A DNA stretch of 64,000 nucleotides from assembly GCA_963514005.1 (NCBI GenBank), contig OY740808.1:31186001-31250000 (forward strand), given 5' to 3'. Shown piece by piece: positions 1 to 12,820 of the stretch. Under the pieces are notes generated by a model. It had not been told where the DNA came from. It saw only the letters and a program-made list of their open reading frames with translations, and ran no database searches. Position numbers and translations under genes: made by a program. Every line of letters begins with the position of its first letter. The first letter of the stretch is position 1. Origin of the DNA: Raja brachyura (Eukaryota).

Positions 1-1260
1 GCAGATATACATAAAATTATCCATCAATGGTCAATATTCAGTTATATCCTATACATCACCAATGTATCTGAAACACTATTTGATTTCTGTTCTCTAAAAT
101 TATGAAACAGGAAGGGTCACAGTTGTAAATTGTAGATTTTTAATCAGTGCTTAAATCAAACTAGTCCTACAAAGAATGAAATATGGAAGGTATTCTTTGT
201 CTGTCCATGCCACCCAAAGTGCTAATGTTGAACGCCTCCACATACAGTGTCTCTCTTACCTGGATTATTCTTCAGATCAACAAGGGCATTTTGAAAAAAG
301 CATATCTGATTAGAATCAATTGGACAATTGGACCCCATCGAGTCATTTGTTTCTTTCACTTCTAGGGTGCTTTGCTACCTGCACAGATTTGGCTAATCAC
401 TTGTTATCTACTGGCATTCAATATCTCATCAAAGCTGGAGTTACAGATTTCTTTCCATTCACCAAAGTGGCGCCATTTGGAGTGTATTAAATATTTAGTT
501 GGGCCAACAAAGAAACAGACATTGTCTTTTAATTGGCCAAATGCATAATAGCCCAGTTATAATTTATGTTAGTATTAGCAGCCTTTCCAAGATTCTTGAA
601 GATAAAAATTCTACTGTCATTAAAATTCCTTTTAAATTCTTTTGTTCTTTTTGCGGGCTCGGTTGGCTAATGTCATGAAAAATAATATACCCAAATAGGG
701 TAATAAATCCAGTTCCTTTTAATCAGTTAAAGTGGGTCGCCAAAGTCATAGATTCGCAGGGCTGTACTGAACAGAAGCAGGCCCTTTGCCCCAACTCCTC
801 CATCTCGACCATAATGCCTATCCATGCTAATCCCATTTGCCTGCATTAGTCCCATATCCCACCACTTCTTTCCCATCCAAGTACCTGTCAAAATGGCTTT
901 TAACGGCTTTAAAATGGCTCAGTTTGACTTGGAACTCTGCCTGTCTTGGAAAAAAGACCTCGTTTCTACTTCTCATCTCCCCTGTTGGTCCTGGATCAGG
1001 CCAGGAATTTAGCCTGAGGACAGATTGTGAAAAACACTTATTACTAAATTGCACCACAGCAATAAGGCAGCTAAGAGGGACATTTATTTTTCTCTTTGGA
1101 TTGTGTTATTTTAGTTAAGAGTGTGATTATTGTTGGTCTCAGATTCTGATATTGTGATTTTTTTTAAGAAACACTTCACTGCTCGTGTTTATGGTATTGG
1201 AGGTGCAGAGCGATGTAGTTGCAGTTTCAACAACCCTACCTCAAACCTTACCTTCAGTAT

Positions 1261-1393
1261 TGTGTAGGAAGGAACTGCAGGTGCCGGTTTACACCAAAGA
1301 TAGACACAAAATACTGGAGTAACTCAGCGGGACAGGCAGCATCCCTGGATAGAAGTAATGGGTGACGTTTCGGGTCGAGACCTTTCTTCAGAC
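1261..1393 (-). mobile_element. Short hammerhead-bearing PLE-derived element
   Basis: Full ~130-nt consensus on the minus strand; flanking near-repeat ACCTTCAGT(A/G)TTGT at 1250-1263 and 1392-1405. Confidence 0.85.
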
Positions 1394-1769
1394 CTTCAGT
1401 GTTGTTTCTCTAGAACACGCGCATTCTGCTTGTGATCATGAGGACTTCTTCCAGGTAATCCAATTTCCTCCTACATCAGAAAGATAGGCTAGTTGGCAAA
1501 TTAATTGGCTGCTGTAAACCACCCCCAATGTAGTTGGGTGGCAGGAGAGAATGTTGTTAGGTTGATGAGGGAGAGAGGATTGCAAAGAATCTTCTCACAG
1601 GGGTGGTGGGGAGATTACTCTGGTATCTGGCATTGACTTATTTGGTTGAATTGCCTCCTTCCATGCCTCCTTGGAAGAATTCATAAATAAAATATGAACT
1701 AAATCTTAAAAAGCATCTAACAACACCAAACTAGTAAAAGAAGGTAACTTGCAAATGATCTCAGAATAT

Positions 1770-1945
1770 GGGGAGATAGATAGGGCTCTTAAAAATAGCG
1801 GAGTCAGGGGATATGGGGAGAAGGCAGGAACGGGGTACTGATTGGGGATGATCAGCCATGATCATATTGAATGGCGGTGCTGGCTCGAAGGGCCAAATGG
1901 CCTTCTCCTGCACCTATTATCTATTGTCTATTGTCTATTGCCTTT
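1770..1945 (+). mobile_element. CR1-type LINE 3' end with (TCTATTG)n tail
   Basis: GGATATGGGGAGAAGGCAGG…GGCTCGAAGGGCCAAATGGCCT…CTCCTG plus tandem tail. Confidence 0.75.
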
Positions 1946-1985
1946 CTTGTTATTCTTGGTAGTAGTGAACATACCGTGGACATAT

Positions 1986-2465
1986 TGTGCCGGAAGGAAC
2001 TGCAGATGCTGGTTTATACCGAAGATAGACACAAAATGCTGGAGGAACTCAGCGGGTCAGGCAGCATCTCTGGAGTTACAGGTAAGAATCATTCTTCAGA
2101 CTGAAAGGATAGGGAAGGCCAGAACAAAACAGGGCTGGGAACAGATGAGCTCAAGAAGGGCAGAGACCATAATGCCGCAATGTTGACTGGGGAATAATGT
2201 TCTAATGACAGGGGTGTAAGGATTCGAACCAGGGAACAAGTAGGACAACTAGGGTGGGGGAGGGACCAGTGGGGAAAGTAATGCAGAGGTTTCTTGAAAT
2301 TAGAGAAATCAATATCATACCGTTGGGTTAAAAACGTCCCAAGCGAAATATGAGGTGCTATTCCTCCAATTTGTATGTGGCCTCACTCTGACATTGGAGG
2401 AGGGCCAGAACAGGAAGGTCAGTGTGGGAATGGGAAGGGGAGTTAAAATGTTTGTCAACCAGGAG
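1986..2465 (-). mobile_element. Penelope-like element 3' fragment (endonuclease C-terminus plus tail)
   Basis: Reverse complement matches 59130-59620 (…AAATTGGAGGAATAGCACCTCATATTTCGCTTGG…) and the short-element tail. Confidence 0.8.
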
Positions 2466-3249
2466 ATACTGCTTGGTGACATACTTCTTGTCAAAGTATT
2501 TCTGATTTATTTATCATCTTGATTCCTTTGCCAATTTCCAATGCAATCTCCAATGCCATTTCCAATGCCATCACAATGTTCAGAGGTGATGCTTAATTTG
2601 GTGGTGGTGTCAATTAATCAAATTATTTTATCCTGAGGTTGCTTCAGTTTCAGGTTTATTGTTTATCTGCAGAGAATGAGAGAGACAATCTGTATCGAAT
2701 TGCCCCTAAATTCCCATGCAGTTTAAAATACGGCATCACTATGTGTAAAATACACCATGTTTTGGAGCTATCTCAGGACTAGCTTTGCAGATTCTTCTTT
2801 GAATTAGCTACTCTGAAAGACTAATAAACAAGCTCAGGAATCTATAACCCAAAATTACTGACACGGATAATGGTAAATAAAAGTGAAAATGCAGAAAACA
2901 CACAGCAGTTCAAACAACTTTTGTGGAGAAATAATTCACTTTTCAGGCCAATTTCTTTTTGTGGTAGGTCTTTAAATCTGATATGCTGACTCAACTCCGC
3001 AGATGCTGCCTCATTTGTTAATTTTTAGCAGCATTTACGGAGTGATCTCAAGGAACCCCATCTTGTCTACAAGAGACACAAAATGCTGGAGTAACAGCAG
3101 GACAGCAGCATCTCTGGAAAGTAGGAATGGAGAGATGCTGCCTGTCCCGCTGAGTTATGCCAGCATTTTATGTCTATCTGTGGTGTAAGCCAGCATCTAC
3201 AGTTCCTACAGTTCTCAGCTAATACTTTGAGTCTTCAAACTTTCAGATG

Positions 3250-3535
3250 CTTAGCTTAGTTTAGTTACAGCGTGGAAACAGGAGCCCACGGCTCACCGAG
3301 CCCATGTCGACCAGCGATCACCCATCCAGTAGTTCTATCCTACACACGAGGGACAATTTACAGAAGCCAATTAACCTATTAACCTGCATGTCTTTGGAAT
3401 GTGAGAGAAAACCGGAGCACCCAGAGAAAACCCACGTAATCACAGACTCCATAGCGACAGCACCTGAGGTCAGGATCGAACCCAGGTCTCTGGCGCTGTA
3501 AGGCAGCAAATCTAACGCTGCACCACTGTGTCACT
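3250..3535 (-). mobile_element. tRNA-derived SINE (V-SINE/HE1-like)
   Basis: Minus strand has A-box TGGTGCAGCGTTAG and B-box GGTTCGATCC, a central domain and a LINE-like tail. Confidence 0.8.
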
Positions 3536-3614
3536 GCTGATTGTTTGTAGAAATCTTTGTTTTTTTAATATTTCCTGCATTAAAAAAATGGTCCTTTTGT
3601 ATAAAGAGCAATAT

Positions 3615-4944
3615 TGTGGCGTCAGCCTAAACACGGGCCACTTAAGCTTGAACCCTCGTCAGGAGATACGAGGGTGGGCACTTGACGTCATGGGCAGAGG
3701 GAGTGTCCTGGTACATAAGCTCTCTCACCACGAGACCCAAGAGGAGTTTAACCGGTAGCTGAGCCCGAGGGAACAACCTCGCTCAGCTACAACAACACAT
3801 TAATTAGGTATGTTGCAAAACTTACCTTGCGCAGCGCTGCAGTTCTGCCGCTCCCCGTGTGTGCGACTTTGGCGCCTTTCAGAGGGGGGCGGGCTTAAAG
3901 TGCCGTTTTTCAACAGACCTGGAAAATCGATGAATGTCGGGCGATTTCGTTGCGGAAGAAAAATCGCTCCGACATTTCATGAATGAAGGTATTTTTAAAT
4001 TACTCTAAATTATTTATTAACTAGAGTAATTTAAAAATCATTATTCAAAAGCCGTGAGCGCCGATAACCGGAAGGATTTTGCGTAGGGGAGAAAAAAAGG
4101 TAAATAGTTTATTTTTATATTAAAAGTTGGTTTTTCGGGAGGCTTTAATAATATTTTTATGTTGCGATATGGGGTCCCAAAAAATGTATGAACAAACAAT
4201 GTTTTTCCTCCTGACTTCACCGCTAACCGCAACGTTCCAATCCACCGCATTCCACTAAAACCCACTCGCTAGTTGATTTAAATGGCCATTAATTTACAGG
4301 CATTAAACACTAAATTCCTTCCATTTGGCCCAGAAATTCATGAAAATGAGATTTTAAAATTATGTTATATTGTGGATTATTGTGTGAATGTTATTTGGAC
4401 ACTTAGGCAATTTAAAAAAAGTTTATCTTTTCTTAAGAAATGTATAGATGTTTAGATCTACTCATTGAATTTTGTAATTAGCTACAATTAGATAACTAAC
4501 TAATTATATGCTTTAATTTCAGGTCATCCAAGTAAGATTGTTTCATATTTGTTTCAGAATGCTTCAATCTATAATAACTGAAAATGTCATTGAGTTCTCT
4601 TAATTTTTAAGAAAGTTATGGGCTTTTAACTTTTCCAGATCACAGCTTTTGAGTTAAGTCAATTGAAAGGCAATGGGGAGCAAGATGCTAATTTCCGAGT
4701 ATGAAAATGGCCATAACTTTCTTAATACTGAAGATATGAAAGTAAATTAGGTGTCAAATTAAACTTCTTTTTATGCTTTATCTGATGGGATAAATTGCAG
4801 ACTTGATTTTTTAAATCTCAAAATTTTGTAACATTGCTACATTAATATAGTTAGCGCACCCACGTAACGTGGGACCACCGAATAAAGAACTGCTTGCACC
4901 AACCCGACGTCTCTTCTTTATTCGCCATGTATGGTGCCGCTACA
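3615..4944 (+). mobile_element. Solo LTR (about 290 bp net, probably Ty3/Gypsy-like) interrupted by a DNA transposon
   Basis: Ends TGTGGCG...CGCTACA (TG..CA imperfect inverted termini); 4-bp TSD ATAT at 3611-3614 and 4945-4948; TGACGTCA motif, TATA-like TACATAAG, AATAAA at 4881. Confidence 0.8.
3805..4839. mobile_element. Non-autonomous TIR DNA transposon (1035 bp) nested in the LTR
   Basis: TIRs TAGGTATGTTGCAAAA and revcomp TAGCAATGTTACAAAA (13/16); direct repeat CATTAAT at 3798-3804 and 4840-4846; no transposase ORF. Confidence 0.8.
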
Positions 4945-6969
4945 ATATTGTCGAATAGAATGGTACAAGTGTGTGAAAGGAGACATTATTTCAATCATGT
5001 GCCTTAGTTTATCGGAATCTTTCTGCAAAAACATAGAATACAGCTAAATGTGATTTGCATTTGCTGAGTTACATAAAAGACATTTAGCATTGTCTAAACA
5101 TTGAAGGTAATACAAAGAGAATAAAATCAAAACACTTGAATACTCTTCATTTAGTCTTCCTGAACATTCATGATCCAACAACTGAATAAATGGTCACCTA
5201 TTCCTTTTCTCCAGAGATGCTGTCTGCCTTGCTGAGTTACTCCAGCTTTTTGTGTCTATAAAGGATTACAGTTCTTCTCTGTTTTCAAGATCAGATATGG
5301 GAAAGCTTGCAAAATATTGACTTCCATTTGTAACTTGTCAGTAAATGAAGTGTCCATGTCTGCCTATATTTGCACCTAAAATACACGCAGGTGTGGGCTG
5401 ATAGGTTGAAAGAATTTTCATGCCACAGAGTTTCCAGACAGCGATCATCTCCAGAGAGGGTCTAATCACTCGCACTTAATATTCAATACAATTCCTGTCA
5501 CAAACATACAACAACCCCCACCTGACACCACATGCATCCTCTGCCAATCCCTCTATCAATATCTTGAAAGATATAATTGATCAGAAAGTGCATTGGACTA
5601 GCCATATAGCTATTAGGTTAGAGGCTGGAAATTCTATTGCAATTTTCTCATCTCCTCAGATTACCTACAAGGCATAAATCCGAAGTGTGTTTTTATATTC
5701 TCCACACGTCTGGATAAATTAAAATCCAGTAGCAGTAAAAAAAAACAGGACTAAGCAGCCTGTTTCATTGGCACCTGTACTTTTTGTATAGTCATGATAA
5801 ACTTTTTGTTAAGATGTAGATAGTTTATTGCTGAATATGGAGTTAGTTATTGTCCTATAGCATAAGTGTATATATGCAGTTTAGATACTACTTTGACATT
5901 GGGCTTGGTTTCTTGCTCGAGCTTTTATCCTGGTGTTATAGGACAAGTACTTTGTGTTTCAACCGTAATAATCATTTATCCTCTATCAGCATTGCAACTG
6001 CAATGTGTGCAGATCGCAAAACACACGGCTTTTATCCAACTAGGGTTACTCGTTTTTTATTTACCATCCAACAAAGCAATTAGCTATGTCAAGAGTGTTT
6101 TATTCTCATATGTCCCAGATAGGATTTCTGAATTCCCAATTACCTGTAATTGGTTAGTTACCCATATTTTATTTGTATCTGGTTGGGATTCAGCATAACT
6201 ACAGAAAATGCAGTGCAAAGAAATGTGTATATTGATATCATTTGCATCGCAATGCACTGATGTGAGCATTCTTGGTCCTCACTGTGGAGTTTTTTAAAAT
6301 AATATATAGTTTTTTCAAAATAATATATAGTTGTTTCAAACTCACATTTCCAAGAGTTTGATGTAAGTTTCATGTTTAAAACATGTCCATAATTTAGTAC
6401 CATTTAAAGGTTCAAGTGACTAACTGCACCATGGGTTGCAACAATCTTTGTATACAATTCCGGAAGAGCTCTTTGGTAAACTGCACCTACCATGTCTGCG
6501 CTCTTTACGTCTAATGTATATTAGTCCATGTCTGTACCATTTGCTATGGACTTTATTAGAGCCTAAGAACTTACTGAAAGCACACGCCATGCAGAGTCAT
6601 TCTGTTAGATTATTTAAACACAGAAGTCAATAATTTATCACTTGAGCCTCTGCATACGAGTGAAATCAACCTTACTCCCCACAAGTAGCAGAGCACTTGT
6701 TGCCAGATGGCAAAGAGTTGTGAAGAATAAACCTTGTCGTTTTCTTGTCATTCAATACGTGTGAAATCCATGAGCAATCAATTCTTTGCCAAAGACTTAC
6801 TGAAGTAAAAGGATGCAGAGCTTAGCTTTTTCCATTTTAGGTAAAACAAGAGAGGTCGTTCAAGGTAATCAACATAGGAGCACAGGGACTTACAGAATGA
6901 AATTGGAAGCCAAAATCATTTTTAAATACAGTCTTTTAAACACACTTTGCAGGAACAGGAAAACACCGT

Positions 6970-7345
6970 TTAGAATCACAGAATCATAGTCATACAGCAT
7001 GGGAGCAGGCCCTATGGCTCAACTCATCCAGGCCAACCAAATTGCCTCATCTAAACAAGTCCAATTTGCCTGCAAATGGCCCATATCCCTCCAAACCTCT
7101 CCTATCCATATACCTGTCCAAGTGTCTTAAATGCTGTTACAGTATCTCCTCTGGGATCCCATCACCCTATTGTGTGAAAAGGTGCTGCAGGTTCCTATTA
7201 AATCTTGCCCCTCTCGTTTTAAACATGTCCTCTGATTTTTGATTCCCTACCCTAGGGAAAAGACTGTGCATTCACCTTATCTATTCCCCTCATGATTTAA
7301 TACACCTGTATAAAATCACCTCTCATCCTCCTGCCCTCCAAGGAA
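6970..7345 (-). mobile_element. CR1-type LINE 3' fragment
   Basis: Reverse complement of the 38400-38645 type; similar minus-strand pieces at about 745-905, 46553-46882, 49205-49500 and 59620-60145. Confidence 0.75.
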
Positions 7346-7993
7346 CCTGTTTTGTCTTTAGTTTTGTGCAATTATTAGAATTTGTAAATCAATCATAACC
7401 TATATTTGTATTGTTGATTGATTGCCAAGGCTCAAAGATTCAAATGCTGGAAAATTCAAATCTACTTTTTTGGGCACAACTTGTACCCTTGAGGTAAAAG
7501 ATTGTGGTTGGCACAATTAAAGGATTAAATTGCTACTTTCATACAAGCCTAGAGTGCTGTACCAACATTACATAAATATAACATGAACCACAGATTTGCT
7601 TGCGGTTTCAAACTTAGCCAACAATTAAAAATTAATCCTTTACTCCACTGTTCTTTTTATAATTTAGGAAGAATTTGCACCTTTAATTAAAGTGGAAAAT
7701 ACACATAAAAGTTTATTAAATAATAAGTTCTTAAGAATTAACTAATTTGATCAAAACTGGATGATCAAATGTTTGAATGCAATTTCATACCATGGCAATT
7801 TCAATGTAAAAATAAAATTCCTACAGTTAATTGTGCACAAAAGATTATTGTATCATTAAAAACTCAACGGACCAGACAGCATCTCTAGAGGGCATGAGTA
7901 GATGGTGTTTTAGTTACGGACCCTTCTTCAGACCTTTTGACCCGCTGAGTTACTTTGTGTTTTCTTTGTAAACCAGCATCTGCAGTTTCTTGT

Positions 7994-8173
7994 TTAAGAA
8001 AGGACTGCAGATGCTGGAAAAATCAAAGGTCGACAAAAATGCTGGAGAAACTCAGCGGGTGAGGCAGCAACTATGTAGCGGAGGAATAGGTGACATTTCG
8101 GGTCTTCAGAACCTTCCTTCGCTCCGTAGATGCTGCCTCACCCGCTGAGTTTCTCCAGCATTTTTGAGTACCT
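7994..8173. mobile_element. Foldback (inverted-pair) PLE-derived element nested in an older copy, 15-bp TSD
   Basis: Arms TGCTGGAGAAACTCAGCGGGTGAGGCAGCA and TGCTGCCTCACCCGCTGAGTTTCTCCAGCA; TCTGCAGTTTCTTGT at 7979-7993 and 8174-8188. Confidence 0.85.
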
Positions 8174-8889
8174 TCTGCAGTTTCTTGTATCTCTGACTTC
8201 ATCATACCTGATCCCAGATATCATAAACATATTATTTGAGTCACTGGTTGTTTTTAAAGGACCACTGTTATAATTTATAAGAAAGCTTATTTATTTACTG
8301 TACGATATTTCCCATGGCTGTGTTTACCATTGCAAAATACAGTTCAACACTAATTACAATCTAAAGGGTAAAATCTGTGTAAGTGCCCTTCACGGAGAAC
8401 AATTGCATTACACAAGCCAACACACTAGCCAATGCCACATATTAAATACATTAATATAAATACATAATGTTCACTATTGAATTATGTTTAGTGCATTGCG
8501 GCATAGAGTTGCAATGTTAATGATTGCTTAAAACAAAAATGTAAGGACCATAAACAAAAAGGTATTTTTAATGTAAAATATCTCCTTTTAACTGCTAAGA
8601 AACTGCTAAGAAACAGTTAGTTATTATTGAGTGTGCTCCAATCTGAACCCACAAACACAAAGGCAGATGGTCAAACCTGTGAGTGTTAAGTGCCTTTAAT
8701 GTAATGGAAGTGATGTTACTATATTTTTTTACATGTTTGCAGTCGTGTGCTTCAGTCTTTACAATATGTTACAGGCATGAGTATTTGACACCCATTCTAT
8801 GGCAAATCCCTATTTTCTTGGATAGAGATTCATAACATGATGCCAGAGAAAAAGGTAAGTCACTCAGAGATAGTATTTGAAGTTATTTC

Positions 8890-10632
8890 ATTTCAGTATA
8901 TACATTGTGTTTTATTTACAAAGAAGCATTATTGATTCATCTCTTTTATACACCAAAGAACTTTCAAGCACATTTCTTTAACAACTTTTTTTCTAACAAT
9001 ATATCATTCTTAATACTCCAAAACAAGCACTTTAAGGATTGTCCAACAATAAATACTATTGACCAGAAAGATACTAATAATTATTACAAGCAAGTTCTTC
9101 ACTTTTTTTCATGTTGAATAAAGAGCTACTTATTGCTTGATACATAATTTAAGAATATTATTCTTTGCCTTATGATGTAAACACCTGTATTGCTCAAAAC
9201 CGGGGACAATTAGAAGTTGATGTTGAGTATCACAAGATCAAAATATAATACATATATAGCTGTAAATGGGTATCTGTATAAAATATTTACTATAAGTGAA
9301 ACAAAGAATACCTATGTTCTCTGAATTATTTACATCCACTATTTTTTTCATGTACATATGTTGAATTGTCCCATTGTTATATATCCGGAAATAGTGCATT
9401 TTCCCCTACGTTTTCCAATCTTTTCAATGAATCAAAGGAATTCATCCTAAATTGCTTCTGAGGAAGGTATAGACTGAACTCTGAACCATAAAGTGTCTAC
9501 TTGCCATCATTCAAGTTTTACAAACTTCAATGAACATTTTATTGAACTCAGGAATTGACTTGTATTCTTGATCATCCAACGAATGGGACAGATGAGATTT
9601 CTGAGGTGGAGGGTAAGGAAACAATATAAATTCTGGGGATATTTCTCAATATTCATAAAATCCATTTTTGTGAAGCAAGTTTTGTGTTTAGTTATAGCCC
9701 TGATTTTACCTTTAATAAAAATGTATTTCAGTGAAAGGAAATCATGTGATATTCCTTGCTTATGCTTTCAGACACTCAGCAACTATTTATTTCACAACAC
9801 CAAATGGTACCTATTTCCTTCTCTCCATGGATGCTGCTGCAACCGCTGGGTTTCTCCAGCACTTTTGTCTACCTTCGATTTTCCAGCATCTGCAGTTCCT
9901 TCTTAAACAATGTGATTCCCTTTCCCTCCCTCTCCTTCCACACCAGCGATATCTGTTTAGTTTGTCTCCATTAATATTTATTTTGGAAATATTAAAACTA
10001 ATTCGGGGCTACAATGTTTTACATGCTACCTAAAAGGTGTATTTGCCTGACCTGGCTTGCTTGTTTCATTCCCCTGCAAACTCTTCTAGTAATATTTTGA
10101 AATAATGAATCAAACAAAATTGTAATTGCATGGAGCAACAGAAATAAGCATTTTGCCCTTCGAACGAATCCTGTAAGCATGTAGGGGTCTTACATTGCTC
10201 ATGACACCCCACCAGATTTCCTCATCTATACCATATGAGATCATGATAGCAATTTGGTTCAAGGGGAAACTTTCTAGGATTTGTACAGTCGCTAATGATT
10301 CTTCCATTTGTTTGATATTTACACAACTTTTTGACCAATTTTACAAATGAAATGCACAGAAACATTAACTATACATTGCAGAGAAACATCCACCAGATGG
10401 AACCCTTCACTTTTGTTTTTGGTGAATGACATTTAAATATCATTCAAATAAATAGAATAGGAAGAAGGGAGGGTGAAGAATGTCTCAATGATATGTCATT
10501 GTATAAAATGTCCTTTGAAAATTACAGCCATTTATGATTGATTTTCCAAAGAAAAGTATTGCTGGAAAAATGTGTTCAGTTTCATCAAATGCAAACATTC
10601 AGGTATGTCAGATCCATTAAAGGATCTTTGAA
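8890..10632 (-). other. Putative TBX5 3'UTR with candidate poly(A) signal AATAAA at 8916-8911
   Basis: AT-rich sequence after the stop codon; minus strand reads TGTAAATAAAACACAATGTATA; another AATAAA near 9540, so the end is not certain. Confidence 0.5.
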
Positions 10633-11216
10633 TTAGCTGTTTTCAGTCCATTCTGGCACCATGCCAACTCCATGAACTGAGTGGTATTGATGTGGTGAGA
10701 GGGTTCTTGACATGCCATGTGGATACAAGTAGTCAGAAGGTTGAAGATTGCTTGCAGACTGAATGGCAGCTTGAGGAGCACACGGCCTGACTATGGGCTG
10801 GTGAGAAACTGAGGTCTGATGCTGAAACATGTGGGTATCCCCTATCTGTGGAGACGTGTGGTTGGTGACGCCACTGATGCGAGGCATTAATGGGCTCGAT
10901 GTGAAATGCGCTGAGAAGTGTTGGTAGGGTATTCGGTCCATGGGCTGCATGGCAGTCACTGTGCAGCTGCTGTATGAAGGAACAGTGGCCCAAGTGTTAC
11001 AACTTATGTCATCGAGGCTGGAGCCAGGGTCCGTTCCTGATGTAGATCCAGCATACATGCACGCCTGCCGTTGTGCAGAGTCAGTCCTATAAGACGGAGC
11101 AAGATTTTGCTGTTGGGAGTAACTTGGGGACCTGTAGAAAGGGTCATCTTCTTGAGGTGGACTTTCCATAAATGCCTTCTTGAATGGATGCTCAGTTGAG
11201 TTGCAGTCTTCTTCTA
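10633..11216 (-). CDS. TBX5: TBX5 last coding exon (transactivation region, stop codon)
   Basis: [20 protein letters not shown]...AQRQACMYA...[11 protein letters not shown]...[24 protein letters not shown]; matches the TBX5 C-terminus (human ...VPEWSDNS); acceptor could alternatively give a start at 11213. Confidence 0.96.
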
Positions 11217-11358
11217 CTGCTTACATAAATAAATCAGAATGGAATCAAATTTCAGTTAATGAGAAATCTATGTATGAAAAAGCACAGATATCATTTAATT
11301 CTTTGCTTTTGTCAGTAAATTTGATGAAACATCTTATAAACAGCATAGTCATATGTTG

Positions 11359-11926
11359 AAGGTAGACACAAAATGCTGGAGCAACTCAACGGGTCAAGGA
11401 GCATCTCTGGAGAAAAGGAATAGGTGACGTCTCAGGTCGAGTGCCTTCTTCAGACTGAGAGCCAGGGGAGAGGGAAACTAGAGTTATGAATAGGTGCAGA
11501 ACAAATCAAAGCTGACACCGATGACCCAGGAGCCCACAATGATTATTTGTTGGATGTGGAGGAGGTGATAACAAAGGGATATGAACAGTGAAACTAGCAG
11601 GATGACTAGTGTGGGGGAGGGAAGGAGGGAGAGGGAATGCAAGTGTTACTTGAAATTAGAGAAACCAATATTCATATCACTGGGTTGTAAACTGCCCAAA
11701 CGGAATATGAGAATGGACCATTGTGGATTCCTGGGTAACCGGTTTGTTCTGTACCTTTTCATACCTCCAGTTTCCCCCTCCCCTGAATCTCAGTCTGAGG
11801 AAGGGTCTTGACCCGAAACCTCACCTATTTTATTTCTCCAGAGATGCTGCCTGACCCACTGTGTTACTCCAGCATTTTGTGTCTATCTTCGGTGTATACC
11901 AGCATCTGCAGTTCCTTCCGACACAC
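11359..11926. mobile_element. Long inverted pair of PLE 3' ends in the last TBX5 intron
   Basis: Minus-strand tail plus 3'UTR and endonuclease end (11359-11710), followed by a plus-strand end with hammerhead-like motif at about 11793. Confidence 0.8.
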
Positions 11927-12499
11927 ATAGTCGTATGCTACATGCACACAGTGTACTAAGTGTCTTACATCTCTGGGCCACTTCAAATCCGCATGCTCAA
12001 GTTTCATTTCACAGGCCTGAATGTAATGTCTTGGCTCACATTCCATGTCATAGCAAAGAGAAGAGGCAATGCCAGAGGTGCCATACTTTGGGAAGAGACA
12101 CTGATCTAAAGCATTTTCCCCTCATTGATGAATATTAAAGAGTCTGTGATAGTATCTGAAGAGCAACAATGGAGTTCTTCCCCAACTTCATGGCAAACAT
12201 TTAAGCCCTAATCAATGTTACCAAATGCATTGACTATCTGGTCTTAACCACATATTGGTATATATTAGTAGGAATGAACTGCAGATGCTGGTTTACACCA
12301 AAGATAGACACAAAATGTTGAGTAACTCAGTGGTTCAGGCTCAAGTCCCGATCCGAAACATCACGCATTCCTTCCATCCAGAGATGCTGCCTGTTGTTGG
12401 TGTATATTACCCAAGTTACAGCAGTTGCCATACTTCATTAGATGTAATGTGTTCAAGAATGTAATGAAGTTATAAATAATCCATTCTCTGCAAATCTTT

Positions 12500-12820
12500 T
12501 ATGGATTGAAAGATAGAGTGAAACAGGCACTTCAGCCCATTGAATCCATGCTCACATATCATCACCCTTTCACAAGAGTTATAGGTTATCCCATTTTCGC
12601 ATGCACTCCCTACACAATGGGGGTAATTAACAGAGGCCAATTGACATACCAACCCACAAGTCTTTAGGATATAGGAGGAAACCATAACACCTGGAGGAAA
12701 CCTTTGCAGTCACACGAAGAACATGCGACCTCCACCCCGACTCCACACCTGAAGGCAGGTTTGAGCCAGTGTCTCTGGTGTTGATGAGGCAGCATCTCTA
12801 CCTGCTGCACCGCTGTGCTA
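12500..12820 (-). mobile_element. tRNA-derived SINE (same family as 3250-3535), intronic
   Basis: Shared motifs GCCAATT.ACATAC..ACC..CA.GTCTTT.GGA and GGAGGAAACC; decayed A/B boxes. Confidence 0.7.

Noticed and set aside
3460-3535. tRNA-like A/B boxes (also at about 62070-62140 and 63820-63886)
   Set aside because: They are SINE heads followed by SINE body; no full cloverleaf
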